Source: a virus
IMG/VR virus record: IMGVR_UViG_3300010399_000034
Coordinates: 22,807-86,806 of that record
Reading direction: 5' to 3' (one strand)
Length of the DNA: 64,000 nt
Shown here: positions 44,328-53,882 of the stretch, in pieces
Layout of the letters: the number at the start of each line of letters is the position of its first letter
Position numbering within the stretch: position 1 is the first letter of the stretch
Program-made: the position numbers and the translations under genes
The notes under the pieces: model-generated
Told to the model about the DNA's origin: nothing
The model's database searches: none
The model's input: only the letters and a program-made list of their open reading frames with translations

Positions 44328-45218
44328 TCAGCCAGCAGGCTGCTGCAACCTTCCACTCGCGTACCAGGCCAACGCCATCTCGCACGTGTCGCTGCACACC
44401 ACCCGTTCTACGTGCGAGGGGCCAGCGTAGATCCAATGCTCGGGCTTTGTCCAGCACCCAGGCCCCAAATATTGTCCGGCTTTCAACATATGGCAAACAT
44501 CGCACTCGAAGACTTGCACGCGCTCTTCCTTCGGCAAGTAGCCTTGGCTCTTGTCGCGATCCCAGAAGAAGCGTTTGATCTGATACGCGAAGTCCGCCTT
44601 GCGTGCTCGTTCGATGACAGCATTGAATGACCAGTCGTCTGCCCGATGTCGACCTTCGAACTGAAGAAGGATCGCGCCAGTGACCATCGCGTCGTAGTCG
44701 GCACGGTGCGCATCGTTCATGTTGTAGCCGAGGTGCTCGGCGACCTTGACGAGCTTCCACTTGTTGCCAGGAAGATCGGTCACATAGTGCCGAGCAAGCG
44801 CACAGACGTCGATCCATCGAGCGTCGAGTTGAAAGCAGTACGGCAGATGCTCGAACGCGCTCCGCGGCCAAGATCGCATGATGTGCTGAAGAAGGAAGCG
44901 TCGATCGAACGCGCCGCCATACGCGACGATCGGTACGTTGTAGAGCTCGAGCCCGATCTGATTATAGACCTCGTAGAAGTACGGCGCGTCGTGCGTTTGC
45001 TCGACTGAGATCCCGTGCAGCTTCGTGAGCGCCTCGGGAATGACCTTGCCTTCCGGGTTGACGAAGAAGTCGCGCCGAACGATCGGTTGCGGCGTTTGCG
45101 CACCAGGCGCAAGCCCGTAGACGACGAGCCCGACCTCGAGAATGCGATCCCAGCTCGACGAGAGCCCCGTCGTCTCCACGTCGATCACCGCGAAGCGCTG
45201 CATCCAGTCGTGGATCAC
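44328..45218 (-). CDS. DEDDh 3'-5' exonuclease (DnaQ-like)
   Basis: IDVETTG, LHGIS, FD, HRADYDA. Confidence 0.9.
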   Translation of the reverse strand: MIHDWMQRFAVIDVETTGLSSSWDRILEVGLVVYGLAPGAQTPQPIVRRDFFVNPEGKVIPEALTKLHGISVEQTHDAPYFYEVYNQIGLELYNVPIVAYGGAFDRRFLLQHIMRSWPRSAFEHLPYCFQLDARWIDVCALARHYVTDLPGNKWKLVKVAEHLGYNMNDAHRADYDAMVTGAILLQFEGRHRADDWSFNAVIERARKADFAYQIKRFFWDRDKSQGYLPKEERVQVFECDVCHMLKAGQYLGPGCWTKPEHWIYAGPSHVERVVCSDTCEMALAWYASGRLQQPAG

Positions 45219-45499
45219 TTCGACGGCTCCTTACAGGCGAGAAGCACATGTTCGGCGCGCGAAGACGTGCTTCCAATGACAAACCCGAGGCTCGCCCCGA
45301 AGCAGAACACAGCAATCAACAACGCACCGGCAACAATAACAGCAAACAACGGTACGCCTTCGTCGTCAGCGCCATAGCGCGCGAGCTGCGCCTCCGCCAC
45401 GTCGGTGTCGTGCATCGATCGTTTCAACGCATCCTCGAGCTCGGCATTGCGAGCCCTGAGCGCCGCGAGCTGCGAGCTGGCGTCGTCGCGGTACGCCAT
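45215..45499 (-). CDS. Membrane protein with coiled coil
   Basis: MAYRD start; C-terminal TM segment. Confidence 0.55.
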   Translation of the reverse strand: MAYRDDASSQLAALRARNAELEDALKRSMHDTDVAEAQLARYGADDEGVPLFAVIVAGALLIAVFCFGASLGFVIGSTSSRAEHVLLACKEPSK

Positions 45500-46489
45500 T
45501 CACTCCTCCGTCGCGTCGAGCACGGGAAGAGCTCGAAGTTGATAGCCGAAAGGAAGATCGTCTTTCGCCGTACGCGTACGAATCTGCACGAGGTCTTCGG
45601 TCGGATAGCCGCGACAGTAATCGAAGAACTGACAGCGCCCGAAGCGGCGCGTGCAGTTCGCGTAGTTCTTCGGATAGCCGTACGCCTCGTATTGCTGCTC
45701 CTGCCAGTACCAGTAACGCTTGCTCTGCATCCACGCGCCGAGCTGGTCGCTGTCCGGCGCAACCGGAAGCCGCTCGCACTTGGGCTCCTTCGCCTTCGTC
45801 GTGATATCGACAATGCCGCCTACGTACGGGGGATAGCCGAGCGCCTGCCAATCGACGGCGTGCTTCGCAAGGAAAGCCTGCCCGAGGATCTGATCGTCTT
45901 GGCCGTAGCCTTGAACCGTCACCGGATCGAGCGCACGTGCGGACTTAGTCTCGATGTGCCGCACGACCGGCGCGAAGCTGTGGTCGATGACGACGGCATC
46001 GAGACGCGTCGTGATCTCGAAGCCGAGCTGTGCGACGATCTCCGGATGCGACGCCTTCGTCCAACCGCAGCTCCACTCGACGGCGATGTAATGCCACTCG
46101 TTGTGGCTCTGCCATCGCGTGAAGTACGCCTCGAGCATCCGCGAGACGCAATCGTAGAAGGCGTCCCAGCCCTTCGCATCACGGAAGCGCTGAAGAAAGT
46201 AGAACGCGTCCTGCTCGGGCGTAGACGGCCTGTAGTGTCCGTTCTGGATCGCCATCAGGCTCTTGCGATACGTCTCTTTGCAACCGTGCCAGAGCAACCC
46301 GATGTCGAGCGCGTCGGCGCGAGGGAGCCGCTCCCAATGCACTTTGTTTGCGAGGAGGTGTTCACGCGGGCAGAGCTGTAAGCGCCTGTAGTACGTCGAC
46401 CCACGAGGCGATGCGCCCTGCGCAGGAAGTCCGACGACCTCTTCGTAGACCTTCCGCGCATCCGGCGGGATTGTAAGATCGACTTGCAT
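45500..46489 (-). CDS. PD-(D/E)XK nuclease (Cas4/RecB-like)
   Basis: CPR, G..WH, VE, RLDAV, ETKS, Q; C-terminal C....GRCQF..YC. Confidence 0.85.
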   Translation of the reverse strand: MQVDLTIPPDARKVYEEVVGLPAQGASPRGSTYYRRLQLCPREHLLANKVHWERLPRADALDIGLLWHGCKETYRKSLMAIQNGHYRPSTPEQDAFYFLQRFRDAKGWDAFYDCVSRMLEAYFTRWQSHNEWHYIAVEWSCGWTKASHPEIVAQLGFEITTRLDAVVIDHSFAPVVRHIETKSARALDPVTVQGYGQDDQILGQAFLAKHAVDWQALGYPPYVGGIVDITTKAKEPKCERLPVAPDSDQLGAWMQSKRYWYWQEQQYEAYGYPKNYANCTRRFGRCQFFDYCRGYPTEDLVQIRTRTAKDDLPFGYQLRALPVLDATEE

Positions 46490-46764
46490 CAGTCGAGCTT
46501 CCCGTTGACACGAACCCACTGAAACAGCGCCCTGAGCTTCGCAATGCAGTCCGGGCACGCGACACCATAGGACGGGTACGTGTGCACACCTTGTCCACCG
46601 AACCCGAGCACCACAGAGCCAACAGGAACATCCTCAGCGGCTCGAGGGTCAGGCGCGCCAATCGCAACAGAGAACCAACCGTCCGGAACTACATTTGCGT
46701 TGTTGGACGTGCCTGTCGCAGGACACGAGTCGCACTGCCATTCGACGAAGCTTCGAATACGCAT
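46489..46764 (-). CDS. Zn-finger hypothetical protein
   Basis: CDSC...PDGW...CPDC. Confidence 0.6.
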   Translation of the reverse strand: MRIRSFVEWQCDSCPATGTSNNANVVPDGWFSVAIGAPDPRAAEDVPVGSVVLGFGGQGVHTYPSYGVACPDCIAKLRALFQWVRVNGKLD

Positions 46765-47057
46765 CACGGATTCTCGAACGTCGGCGGATCGTACGTGTCG
46801 TCGGCACACACATCGGCGACGCTCGCATCGTCGTCGTCGAAACGGACACGCCGAACCGAGTCGCAGAGACCACGCAGCTCGCTGTCGAGCTTCCGATAAA
46901 GCGTTCGACGATCGATTCCGAGCGCTCGTGCCGTGTGCGACATGTTGCCCGCACACATGATGAGACACTGCCTGATGTGCTCGCGCTCGAGCTCGATGAG
47001 ACGAAGCGGACGACCCTCCGGACACGCCCAGAGGATCCAACGTGCGTCGTTCTTCAC
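46764..47057 (-). CDS. Fis-family (HTH_8) DNA-binding protein
   Basis: LEREHIRQCL..CAGNMSHTARALGIDRRTLYRKL. Confidence 0.85.
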   Translation of the reverse strand: MKNDARWILWACPEGRPLRLIELEREHIRQCLIMCAGNMSHTARALGIDRRTLYRKLDSELRGLCDSVRRVRFDDDDASVADVCADDTYDPPTFENP

Positions 47058-47470
47058 GCCGCCCTCAGCCACTCGAGCGCGTCGGCATCGCTCGTGAAGA
47101 AGCGATGGGCACACTCGGTGAAGATCGTCTGGAACCGCTCTGGGCCGCTGACAATGATGATCGGCGAATGCTTCGCGAGGAACGCGCGTCGTGCGAAGCC
47201 GAGCTCGAACCACGCGCCCTTCGTCGTGAAGCCTTGATTCGGCGCGAGGAGCCACATGACGTCGGCACGCTCGATCGCCTGCTCGTCCGATTCGGCCTGC
47301 ATCTTACGGATGCGCGGATCGAGTTGATCCTCCGGCGTTCCATCGAAGAGCTCGACCTGCTTGAGCCAGTTGAACGTCAGCTCGAGCCCTGTCGAGACCG
47401 CGATCTGCCCGTAGATCGCAGCAACTCGTTCTCGCTCGCGCGAGCTCGCCGCGACATAGATCTTCTTCAT
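47054..47470 (-). CDS. Nucleoside 2-deoxyribosyltransferase-like protein
   Basis: KIYVAA, D..AIERAD, GAWFELGFA. Confidence 0.75.
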   Translation of the reverse strand: MKKIYVAASSRERERVAAIYGQIAVSTGLELTFNWLKQVELFDGTPEDQLDPRIRKMQAESDEQAIERADVMWLLAPNQGFTTKGAWFELGFARRAFLAKHSPIIIVSGPERFQTIFTECAHRFFTSDADALEWLRAA

Positions 47471-47531
47471 GCACACCCACCCTTCCAACACTGCCACCCT
47501 GCCATTGCAAGCAGTTCAAGTCAACCGCGTT

Positions 47532-48380
47532 TCAATAGTTCCTCACGATCACTTCGTCGACCGGCCCGCGTCCGGTTCCATGGCTGTTGATGCTCCGTCG
47601 AGCTTGGACGACCTCAATGCGATAGTCGCCGTAGAGCGAGAAGACGCGCGGTGCAGAGCTGTTCGAGAGCATCCACTTCACGCCGCGCGAAGTCAGTACG
47701 TCGCATGCACGGCGGAGACGAAGCTGATCCTCGTCGTCGAAACCATCCTGCGCGTACATCGTGAAGTCAGCCGTCGTGCTCACTGGAACGTACGGAGGGT
47801 CCATGTAGACGAAGTCACCGACCGTAACGTGCTCGAGGAGCACGTATTCGAAGTCGGCTGCGAAGAGCGCGGCAGGCCGAAGCGCAACAGACGATGCCGA
47901 AAGGAGGATTGCGTTCGAGATGTCCGGTTCGACGTACGAGCCGATCGGTACGTTGAACTTGCCGTATCGGTTCACGCGGTGCACGCCGTTGAAGCACGTC
48001 TTGTTGAGGTAGAGGAACTGTGCCGCCCGGATGAGCGTGTGCTCCTGCTCGTCAGCGTTGTATTCGGCGCGCACGCGATAATAGAACTCTTTGTCGTGAT
48101 TCGTCTTCATGACGCGAAGGAACGCGAGCACCTCCTCGGAACAGTCGCGCACGAACGTGTACGTCGCGATCAGATCGTCGTTCACATCGGAGAGAAGAGC
48201 GCGCTGAGGCCGAAGCTGAAAGAAGAGCGCCCCACCGCCTACGAACGGCTCGACGTAGCGATGGAACTTTATGGGGAGACGCTTGTAGAGCTCGGGTACG
48301 AGCTGGCGCTTGCCGCCCACCCATTTGACGAGCGGGCGCTCGAGCTTCCAACCCTCCGGACTGTCCTCGTCGCGCGGCAC
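47532..48380 (-). CDS. dam: DNA adenine methyltransferase (Dam/D12 class)
   Basis: KWVGGK, EPFVGGG, LNKTCFNG..R.N..G.FNVP, DPPY. Confidence 0.93.
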   Translation of the reverse strand: MPRDEDSPEGWKLERPLVKWVGGKRQLVPELYKRLPIKFHRYVEPFVGGGALFFQLRPQRALLSDVNDDLIATYTFVRDCSEEVLAFLRVMKTNHDKEFYYRVRAEYNADEQEHTLIRAAQFLYLNKTCFNGVHRVNRYGKFNVPIGSYVEPDISNAILLSASSVALRPAALFAADFEYVLLEHVTVGDFVYMDPPYVPVSTTADFTMYAQDGFDDEDQLRLRRACDVLTSRGVKWMLSNSSAPRVFSLYGDYRIEVVQARRSINSHGTGRGPVDEVIVRNY

Positions 48381-48381
48381 G

Positions 48382-48552
48382 TCATTCCTTCGCGATACAG
48401 AACGAGCAAACCCAGCGATCGTCGCGCTTCTGCCAGGTCCCGAGACCAGGAGCGCGTCGTCCGTCGACACGCGCGAACTTCCGAAGACGCTTACAACGCG
48501 GACAACGCTTCCGCAGTCCGTGCGTTCCGCGCTTCTTTGCAGCGCCTTTCAT
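48382..48552 (-). CDS. Small basic Zn-finger protein
   Basis: CPRC...WVCSFC; coupled to its neighbours. Confidence 0.5.
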   Translation of the reverse strand: MKGAAKKRGTHGLRKRCPRCKRLRKFARVDGRRAPGLGTWQKRDDRWVCSFCIAKE

Positions 48553-49400
48553 TCGATCCCAGCGGCCTCACGCAGAAGCTTCTCTTGGTCGGGTGAGAGC
48601 GGCTCGGTCGACGGGAAGTGGTGCACCCACGGATAGACCTCACGACCCCGTCTGAAGTCGTATGCGTCTTGCGTAGTTCGCCACAACCAGAGCCCCAAAA
48701 ACTGGTATTCGGAGAAGAGGTGGCCCGCAGCAACCACGCTACGCATTACGTCAGGAAGGTACTGAAACTTGTCGTTGGTGATCGCCCGAATGAACTCACG
48801 CATCCAGTCACGCCGGATGTACCAGCCCCACTGTGAATGCATGAAGGAGCGTCGCGCGTCATCTTCCGCCCAACGCGGCGGCCGCGTTGATACGCCGTCC
48901 ATCATTGTCGCAGAGTCGAAGAGGAACTCGTAGCCTCGCGTCAAGCGCTCGAGACCCGGCTCCATCGACTTCGGACCCGTGTCCAAGTTCCAGCGGGGCA
49001 GACTCGAGCTACCAAAGAGCTCGTCGATCCACTTGCCGCACGGCTTCGGACACATATCGCTGTCGAGCTGGATGGTGTCGACACCGAGTACGATCGGCGC
49101 CATCAGCTTGCAATACTGCTGCCGAAGATACGCGTCCTCGATCTCCATCGCTTCCGGCAGAAGGTCTTCGACGTAGACCGTAGTCGTCTTCGACGACAAG
49201 CCAGGCGGCGTACGGAAGTCGAGCCTTTCAATCAGAGGCCGATTGTCTTTGACTGCTTCCCTTACCGCGTCCGCCCAACCCGCGCGTTCGACCATAACAA
49301 CGTGCGTTGCGAGCGGGTATAGCCGGCGGATTGCAGCGATCTGATACACGACGCGCTTCGCATCGCGAGCGCACGTCTTGGTAAAGAAGATCGGCTCCAT
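48549..49400 (-). CDS. GT-A-fold-like protein (DUF6492-like)
   Basis: YLRQQYCKL, LDSD (DxD), FSEYQFLG. Confidence 0.65.
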   Translation of the reverse strand: MEPIFFTKTCARDAKRVVYQIAAIRRLYPLATHVVMVERAGWADAVREAVKDNRPLIERLDFRTPPGLSSKTTTVYVEDLLPEAMEIEDAYLRQQYCKLMAPIVLGVDTIQLDSDMCPKPCGKWIDELFGSSSLPRWNLDTGPKSMEPGLERLTRGYEFLFDSATMMDGVSTRPPRWAEDDARRSFMHSQWGWYIRRDWMREFIRAITNDKFQYLPDVMRSVVAAGHLFSEYQFLGLWLWRTTQDAYDFRRGREVYPWVHHFPSTEPLSPDQEKLLREAAGIE

Positions 49401-49651
49401 CAGAACACCTTCGCAAGGTCGTTGAGAATCTTGGCGCGCTCTTCGGCAGTCAGTTCGCGCGTCTCGTCGGCACGAAGCTCGACAACATGCACTGTCGGAC
49501 CTGTCCTGTGGATCAACACTGGCGAGTCGCCTCGAAGCCCGTGGGCAAACCCGACATAGTCAAGCCAGTCGTTTGCACCGGCTACGACGGCATCGAGTGA
49601 CCCGTCCGTCTCCACCTCGACTTCGATCGTGATCTTGTACCGCGCCATCAT
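49400..49651 (-). CDS. Hypothetical protein
   Basis: Coupled ORF. Confidence 0.45.
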   Translation of the reverse strand: MMARYKITIEVEVETDGSLDAVVAGANDWLDYVGFAHGLRGDSPVLIHRTGPTVHVVELRADETRELTAEERAKILNDLAKVF

Positions 49652-50442
49652 TCACCGCCTTCCGGAGCTCGCGGAACCTTGCCGTCGAGCAGATCGTTGT
49701 ACGCCTTCGCGTAAGGCCACTTCGTGTTCGCACGCGTCCAGTCGAGGAGCGCACGAAGGTTGTATTGCGTCGTCTTCGAGACGGAGCGCTCGTCGAACGC
49801 GAGCTTGTGCGGAGTCGCAACCTGTCCGGTTGGGCGGAAGAAGCGAATGCCGTGCTCGTGCGCGAAGACGGCGAGCGGTACTTCTTCGTTGCCGCCACGA
49901 CGATGACCGTATTCGTGCTGAGCTGCTCGCGTCTCGCTAAGTCCGGTCCAAATACCGGCGCGAAAGACCATCAACCCTGTCTGTGGAATCGCGAGCTCGC
50001 ATCCGTCGTGGACGTCGTAGTAGTGCCGCCAACGGCAGTTGATATCGACTCCGCCGCCGGACAGCACGATGCGATAGCCGGAGCCACCGACGAGATCGTT
50101 GTACGACTCAAGCATGTTCTCGACGTAGTGCTCGTCGATGACAAGGTCGTCGTCGAGCGTCATGACGATCTGGTCCGGCGCACACTGCTCGACGTGCCAC
50201 CAGCGAACACACTGCGCCTTGGTCGTACTGCCTTGAACGATCTCACCCTGAAGATTCTTCGGCCAGAAGTTCGCTGTAATGTGCTGAACGAAGACGTCAA
50301 AGACCGCGTCGTCCAGCTTACCACCGGGATCGACGATTACCTTGACCCACGGTGCTACTGTTTGTCGCCCGAGGACGTCGAGTATCGAGACGAGCGATTC
50401 GCTCCGCCACGGCACGGTCGGAAGAAGGATGAGCGGCTTCAC
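49648..50442 (-). CDS. Glycosyltransferase family 2-like protein
   Basis: PTVPWR..L...L..QT, TLDDDL. Confidence 0.7.
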   Translation of the reverse strand: MKPLILLPTVPWRSESLVSILDVLGRQTVAPWVKVIVDPGGKLDDAVFDVFVQHITANFWPKNLQGEIVQGSTTKAQCVRWWHVEQCAPDQIVMTLDDDLVIDEHYVENMLESYNDLVGGSGYRIVLSGGGVDINCRWRHYYDVHDGCELAIPQTGLMVFRAGIWTGLSETRAAQHEYGHRRGGNEEVPLAVFAHEHGIRFFRPTGQVATPHKLAFDERSVSKTTQYNLRALLDWTRANTKWPYAKAYNDLLDGKVPRAPEGGE

Positions 50443-50666
50443 GCTTTACCTCGCGGTGTAAGAGCGAGGATGTCGACGAAGTTCCGCGCGTCTCTCGCGA
50501 TCTGCATTGGATCGTTGTCGATGAACTTCTGGCACGGCGGCATTGCGTGCATAAGCGCGGGCTCTGGCTCTACTGCAACGAAGCATGCGCGTCCACAATA
50601 CGGACACGGAAACTCGCTTTCGTCCTCGCTGACGATCTCAAGGCCTTCAAGGCTCTGATGTTTCAT
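50439..50666 (-). CDS. Small Zn-binding protein
   Basis: CPYCG...H..PPC. Confidence 0.5.
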   Translation of the reverse strand: MKHQSLEGLEIVSEDESEFPCPYCGRACFVAVEPEPALMHAMPPCQKFIDNDPMQIARDARNFVDILALTPRGKA

Positions 50667-50881
50667 TTCGCCTCCCAGCCACGCGCGTTGAGCTCTTCGA
50701 ACAACGCCACGACTTGCATGATCTTTGCGCCGCTCCAACCAGCAGCAACTGCGAGCGCGACATCAAGTTCGATTGGCCCCCACGCGAAGCAATAAACGAA
50801 GCGTCCGTTGACGGCGATGCTTGCGCGCTTTGGCCAACGAAGTACCAGCGTCCCATCAGGCAACTCTGTTTCGCGACTCAT
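50663..50881 (-). CDS. Hypothetical protein
   Basis: Coupled ORF. Confidence 0.45.
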   Translation of the reverse strand: MSRETELPDGTLVLRWPKRASIAVNGRFVYCFAWGPIELDVALAVAAGWSGAKIMQVVALFEELNARGWEAK

Positions 50882-53580
50882 CCTATCCTCCTGGCCCAAT
50901 CGAGCGTGCGTTGCAAGCCGGCGTAGAGCTCTTCGCGCGGAAGCAAGTCTGCGAGCTCGTTCGGCGCTTCGTCGCCGGTGACATCGAGGATCGGCTGACC
51001 CTTCCGATCGAATGCACGTGCGATGATGTCATCGATCGTGTTCGACGCGACAGGCCAGTACGAAGTGACCGGCCACGCCTGACCGATGCGGTGCGCCCGC
51101 TTCTCGGCCTGAAGCATCTTCGCCGGCACCCAATCGAGGTCGTGCATGATAACGTGCCGCGCCTTGTGGAGCGTCACACCGACGCCGAGCGAGTCGATCG
51201 TTGCAATGATAGCGCCGCCCATCGACTGAAACTCGTCGACTACTTCGTTTCGTACCTTGTGCGTCATGCCGCCGTGGACGACGTGGATCTTGCCGAAGCC
51301 GGCATCGTAGAGCTTGCCGAAGAGTCGCTCACACATCTTGCGCTCCCAACAGAAGATGATGACCGACTCGTCCTGCTCAAGGACGTTCTTCGCGAGCTGC
51401 ACGGTTGTATCGAACTTCGCGCGCGAGGTCAGCTTCCGCAGACGACCGATGTAGCCGAGTGTCTGCTTCGAAGCGCGACGATGGAGGACGGCTTGAATAA
51501 GCTCCTCCATCGGAATGTGCTCGAGGATCTCTTGGTAGTCCGCCATCTGTTCTTGATCGAGCTCGACGTGGATGAGCTGACGCGTGAGCGGCGGGAGCTG
51601 AAGTCCGGCGCTCTCGACGTCGCGACGGATATAACAGCATGCGAGACGCTGCTTGAGCTCGTCCACGTTGGTCGCCTCGACGCCATCCTTGAGGCCGTAC
51701 TGCGTTGTCTGCGCGCCGCAGTAGCGGATGCGAAAGTCGCTCGGCTTGCCCCACGTCCACTGCCCGGTTGCGAGCGTCAAGAGAAACCAGAACTCCTCGA
51801 CGCGGTTGAGGATCGGCGTGCCAGTGAGGATGAAGCGATACGGCGCACTCGAGACGGCGAGGGCGACAGCGGCACCACGTCGCGAGCGGCTGTTCTTCAC
51901 CATGTGCGCCTCGTCGAGCACAGCGACGCACGGCCGACGGATCGCAATGTGACTCCACCAGGCTTTCAGGATGTCGTAATGGCAGAAGATCCAGTCGACG
52001 TCCGCGGGAATCATCGTCGGCTTCATGCCACGACAGACGAAGACGTTCGTGATCCCGCACGCTGCGAGCTCGCGAATCCAGACTTCCTCGAGCGCCTTAG
52101 GCGCAGTGATCAATGCTGGATGCCAGAAGCCTCGATCGCGCGAGTACGACTTCCGCAGGAGCTCGCCAGCAAAGCCAGCAACACGCGAGTTGTGCGTAAG
52201 AATCGCGTGCTCGGTCACATACAACGCGTCTTCAGCGTCAACTGCAATACAAACCGATGCCTGTTCGCCTACGTATTCAACCGTAGTAACAGTTCGGCAC
52301 GGACGCGCCAAACGGCCCGGCTTATAGCGATCTAGTTTTCGAGCAACTGTGAACGGAGCAATCGACTGCGGAAGACGAAGCCGCACATGATATTCCCTCG
52401 GCTTATTTTCCTGACTTCTGTCGTAGGAACGAACACTTGCAATCCCGCCAAGACATTCAACGAGCTCGCGAACGTCATCTGCAAGTCCTGCACTTATCGT
52501 GTGATACGTCAACTTGCTTCGCGTAGCACTACATGAACCGTCGCCGTCCATCAGCCCATGAAGCAATGCAACACGATCAGCGATAGAAGCACGAAGGTAG
52601 CTCTGCGGGATCCGCTTCGTGGCGCTAAGCTTGTTTAGCCCTAGTGCTCTAATACGAGGAAGAAGCCCAGGGTACGTCGAATGAATCACATTGGCGTAGG
52701 CGCTCTCGCCCCCCAAAACAACACCGTCTGCCAAAAGTCGCTTTTTGATCGTAGGCCAGTCGTGCTTGGAAACAACGAGCTTCGGCGTGCTGTACGCCAT
52801 GGAACCATTGGCGATAAGCTGACCAAGCAAGTACGCCGGGATCGGCAACGTCGTCGCAACGAACTCTGCTGGTGCCGACAGCGTCGGAAGATAAAGAACA
52901 GCTTTCGCGAGATCCCGCACAGTTTCACGACGCGTCCCTCGAGACCACTGCAACGTGAGCTTTGGACGCGTCCGCAACTGTTCTGTTGTAAGCAACAACG
53001 CACGCCCGTTGCGACCAACAGTGACAGTCCAAAGGTGTTCTGCCCCCGCAAGTGTTGAGCTGTGATCGCTGAAGGTGACACGGTACGTCGGCTTTACACC
53101 TTGTGGATATACGCCAACAACGACCTTCGCCTTTCCATCAGACCCAAGCACATGATCGCCAACACGCAAATCACCGATCGGCTGCCAACCTGATGGTGTA
53201 AGCACCGGCGTCTCAACAGGCTGCTGCTTGCCGAGCCCCATTTGGTCACCGAGGACCGCGTGCGGGTGCCTAATAAGAAAACGGACGCCGACTCGTTGAT
53301 GCTGAAAGAGGCTCTGCCATGTCGGCCACAGCTCTAACGAGGTGAGCACGTCATCCAAGACAGGCATCACTGGAACAGAGATATCGAGCTTGGCAAGCCA
53401 CACACCGATCGCCGTCTCGCTCCACGCCGTGAACGGGATCTCGCAACGCCAGAGTTGATAACCGGGATCCGGCTCGCGCCAGACGACGCCGGGGATGTCG
53501 AGCACGGCCTGCGGCACGACGAACTTCTTGTCGTCTTGCACCCATAGCCACCAGAGCGACGGTCGAAGAGCCTGGATCAT
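50878..53580 (-). CDS. SNF2-family helicase, intein-containing
   Basis: DQMGLGK|S Walker A; DEAH; LTGTP..N; GVGVTL; QAEKRAHRIGQ. Confidence 0.95.
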   Translation of the reverse strand: MIQALRPSLWWLWVQDDKKFVVPQAVLDIPGVVWREPDPGYQLWRCEIPFTAWSETAIGVWLAKLDISVPVMPVLDDVLTSLELWPTWQSLFQHQRVGVRFLIRHPHAVLGDQMGLGKQQPVETPVLTPSGWQPIGDLRVGDHVLGSDGKAKVVVGVYPQGVKPTYRVTFSDHSSTLAGAEHLWTVTVGRNGRALLLTTEQLRTRPKLTLQWSRGTRRETVRDLAKAVLYLPTLSAPAEFVATTLPIPAYLLGQLIANGSMAYSTPKLVVSKHDWPTIKKRLLADGVVLGGESAYANVIHSTYPGLLPRIRALGLNKLSATKRIPQSYLRASIADRVALLHGLMDGDGSCSATRSKLTYHTISAGLADDVRELVECLGGIASVRSYDRSQENKPREYHVRLRLPQSIAPFTVARKLDRYKPGRLARPCRTVTTVEYVGEQASVCIAVDAEDALYVTEHAILTHNSRVAGFAGELLRKSYSRDRGFWHPALITAPKALEEVWIRELAACGITNVFVCRGMKPTMIPADVDWIFCHYDILKAWWSHIAIRRPCVAVLDEAHMVKNSRSRRGAAVALAVSSAPYRFILTGTPILNRVEEFWFLLTLATGQWTWGKPSDFRIRYCGAQTTQYGLKDGVEATNVDELKQRLACCYIRRDVESAGLQLPPLTRQLIHVELDQEQMADYQEILEHIPMEELIQAVLHRRASKQTLGYIGRLRKLTSRAKFDTTVQLAKNVLEQDESVIIFCWERKMCERLFGKLYDAGFGKIHVVHGGMTHKVRNEVVDEFQSMGGAIIATIDSLGVGVTLHKARHVIMHDLDWVPAKMLQAEKRAHRIGQAWPVTSYWPVASNTIDDIIARAFDRKGQPILDVTGDEAPNELADLLPREELYAGLQRTLDWARRIG
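52189..53226 (-). mobile_element. Class 3-type intein (Gln1) with LAGLIDADG endonuclease (346 aa)
   Basis: GK|QQPVETPVLTP...EHLW...VCIAV...LTHN|S; LHGLMDGDG; visibly lower GC than the flanks. Confidence 0.9.
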
Positions 53581-53882
53581 ATGTCGTTTCGATTGAACCG
53601 GACGTAATATCTAGATTTGCGATCCAGTGCGAGCAGGCTCGCATCGAGCGCGTCCATCTGACGTTGGAGGCGAATGACTGCGAGGTGCAGCCAGGCGAGC
53701 TCTTCTGTCCGTCGTTCTTCCACTGACCGTCTAAGTCGACACCGTGCGAACGCAGCGAATACAGCACCGCCAAGACATAGATCGCAGAGGCCACCGCCAA
53801 TGATGAAAACCTGCCCGCAGCCATGGCCCGGCCACTTGTAGCGCCCGATATCGCGATCGTAGAAGCCGACCATCTGAGTCAT
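53577..53882 (-). CDS. Hypothetical protein
   Basis: Coupled ORF; GCG...LCDLC. Confidence 0.45.
   Translation of the reverse strand: MTQMVGFYDRDIGRYKWPGHGCGQVFIIGGGLCDLCLGGAVFAAFARCRLRRSVEERRTEELAWLHLAVIRLQRQMDALDASLLALDRKSRYYVRFNRNDI

Noticed and set aside
45500-46489. Cas4 of a CRISPR system, or the effector of the guide-like RNA
   Set aside because: It sits in the usual phage recombination module with a Sak4-like ATPase and SSB; nothing in the sequence links it to the RNA.
50821-52335. 504-aa plus-strand ORF, and similar long antisense ORFs at 11735..12862, 47469..48596, 45248..46381 and 57205..58314
   Set aside because: These are antisense shadows of well-supported minus-strand genes in GC-rich DNA and have no motifs of their own.
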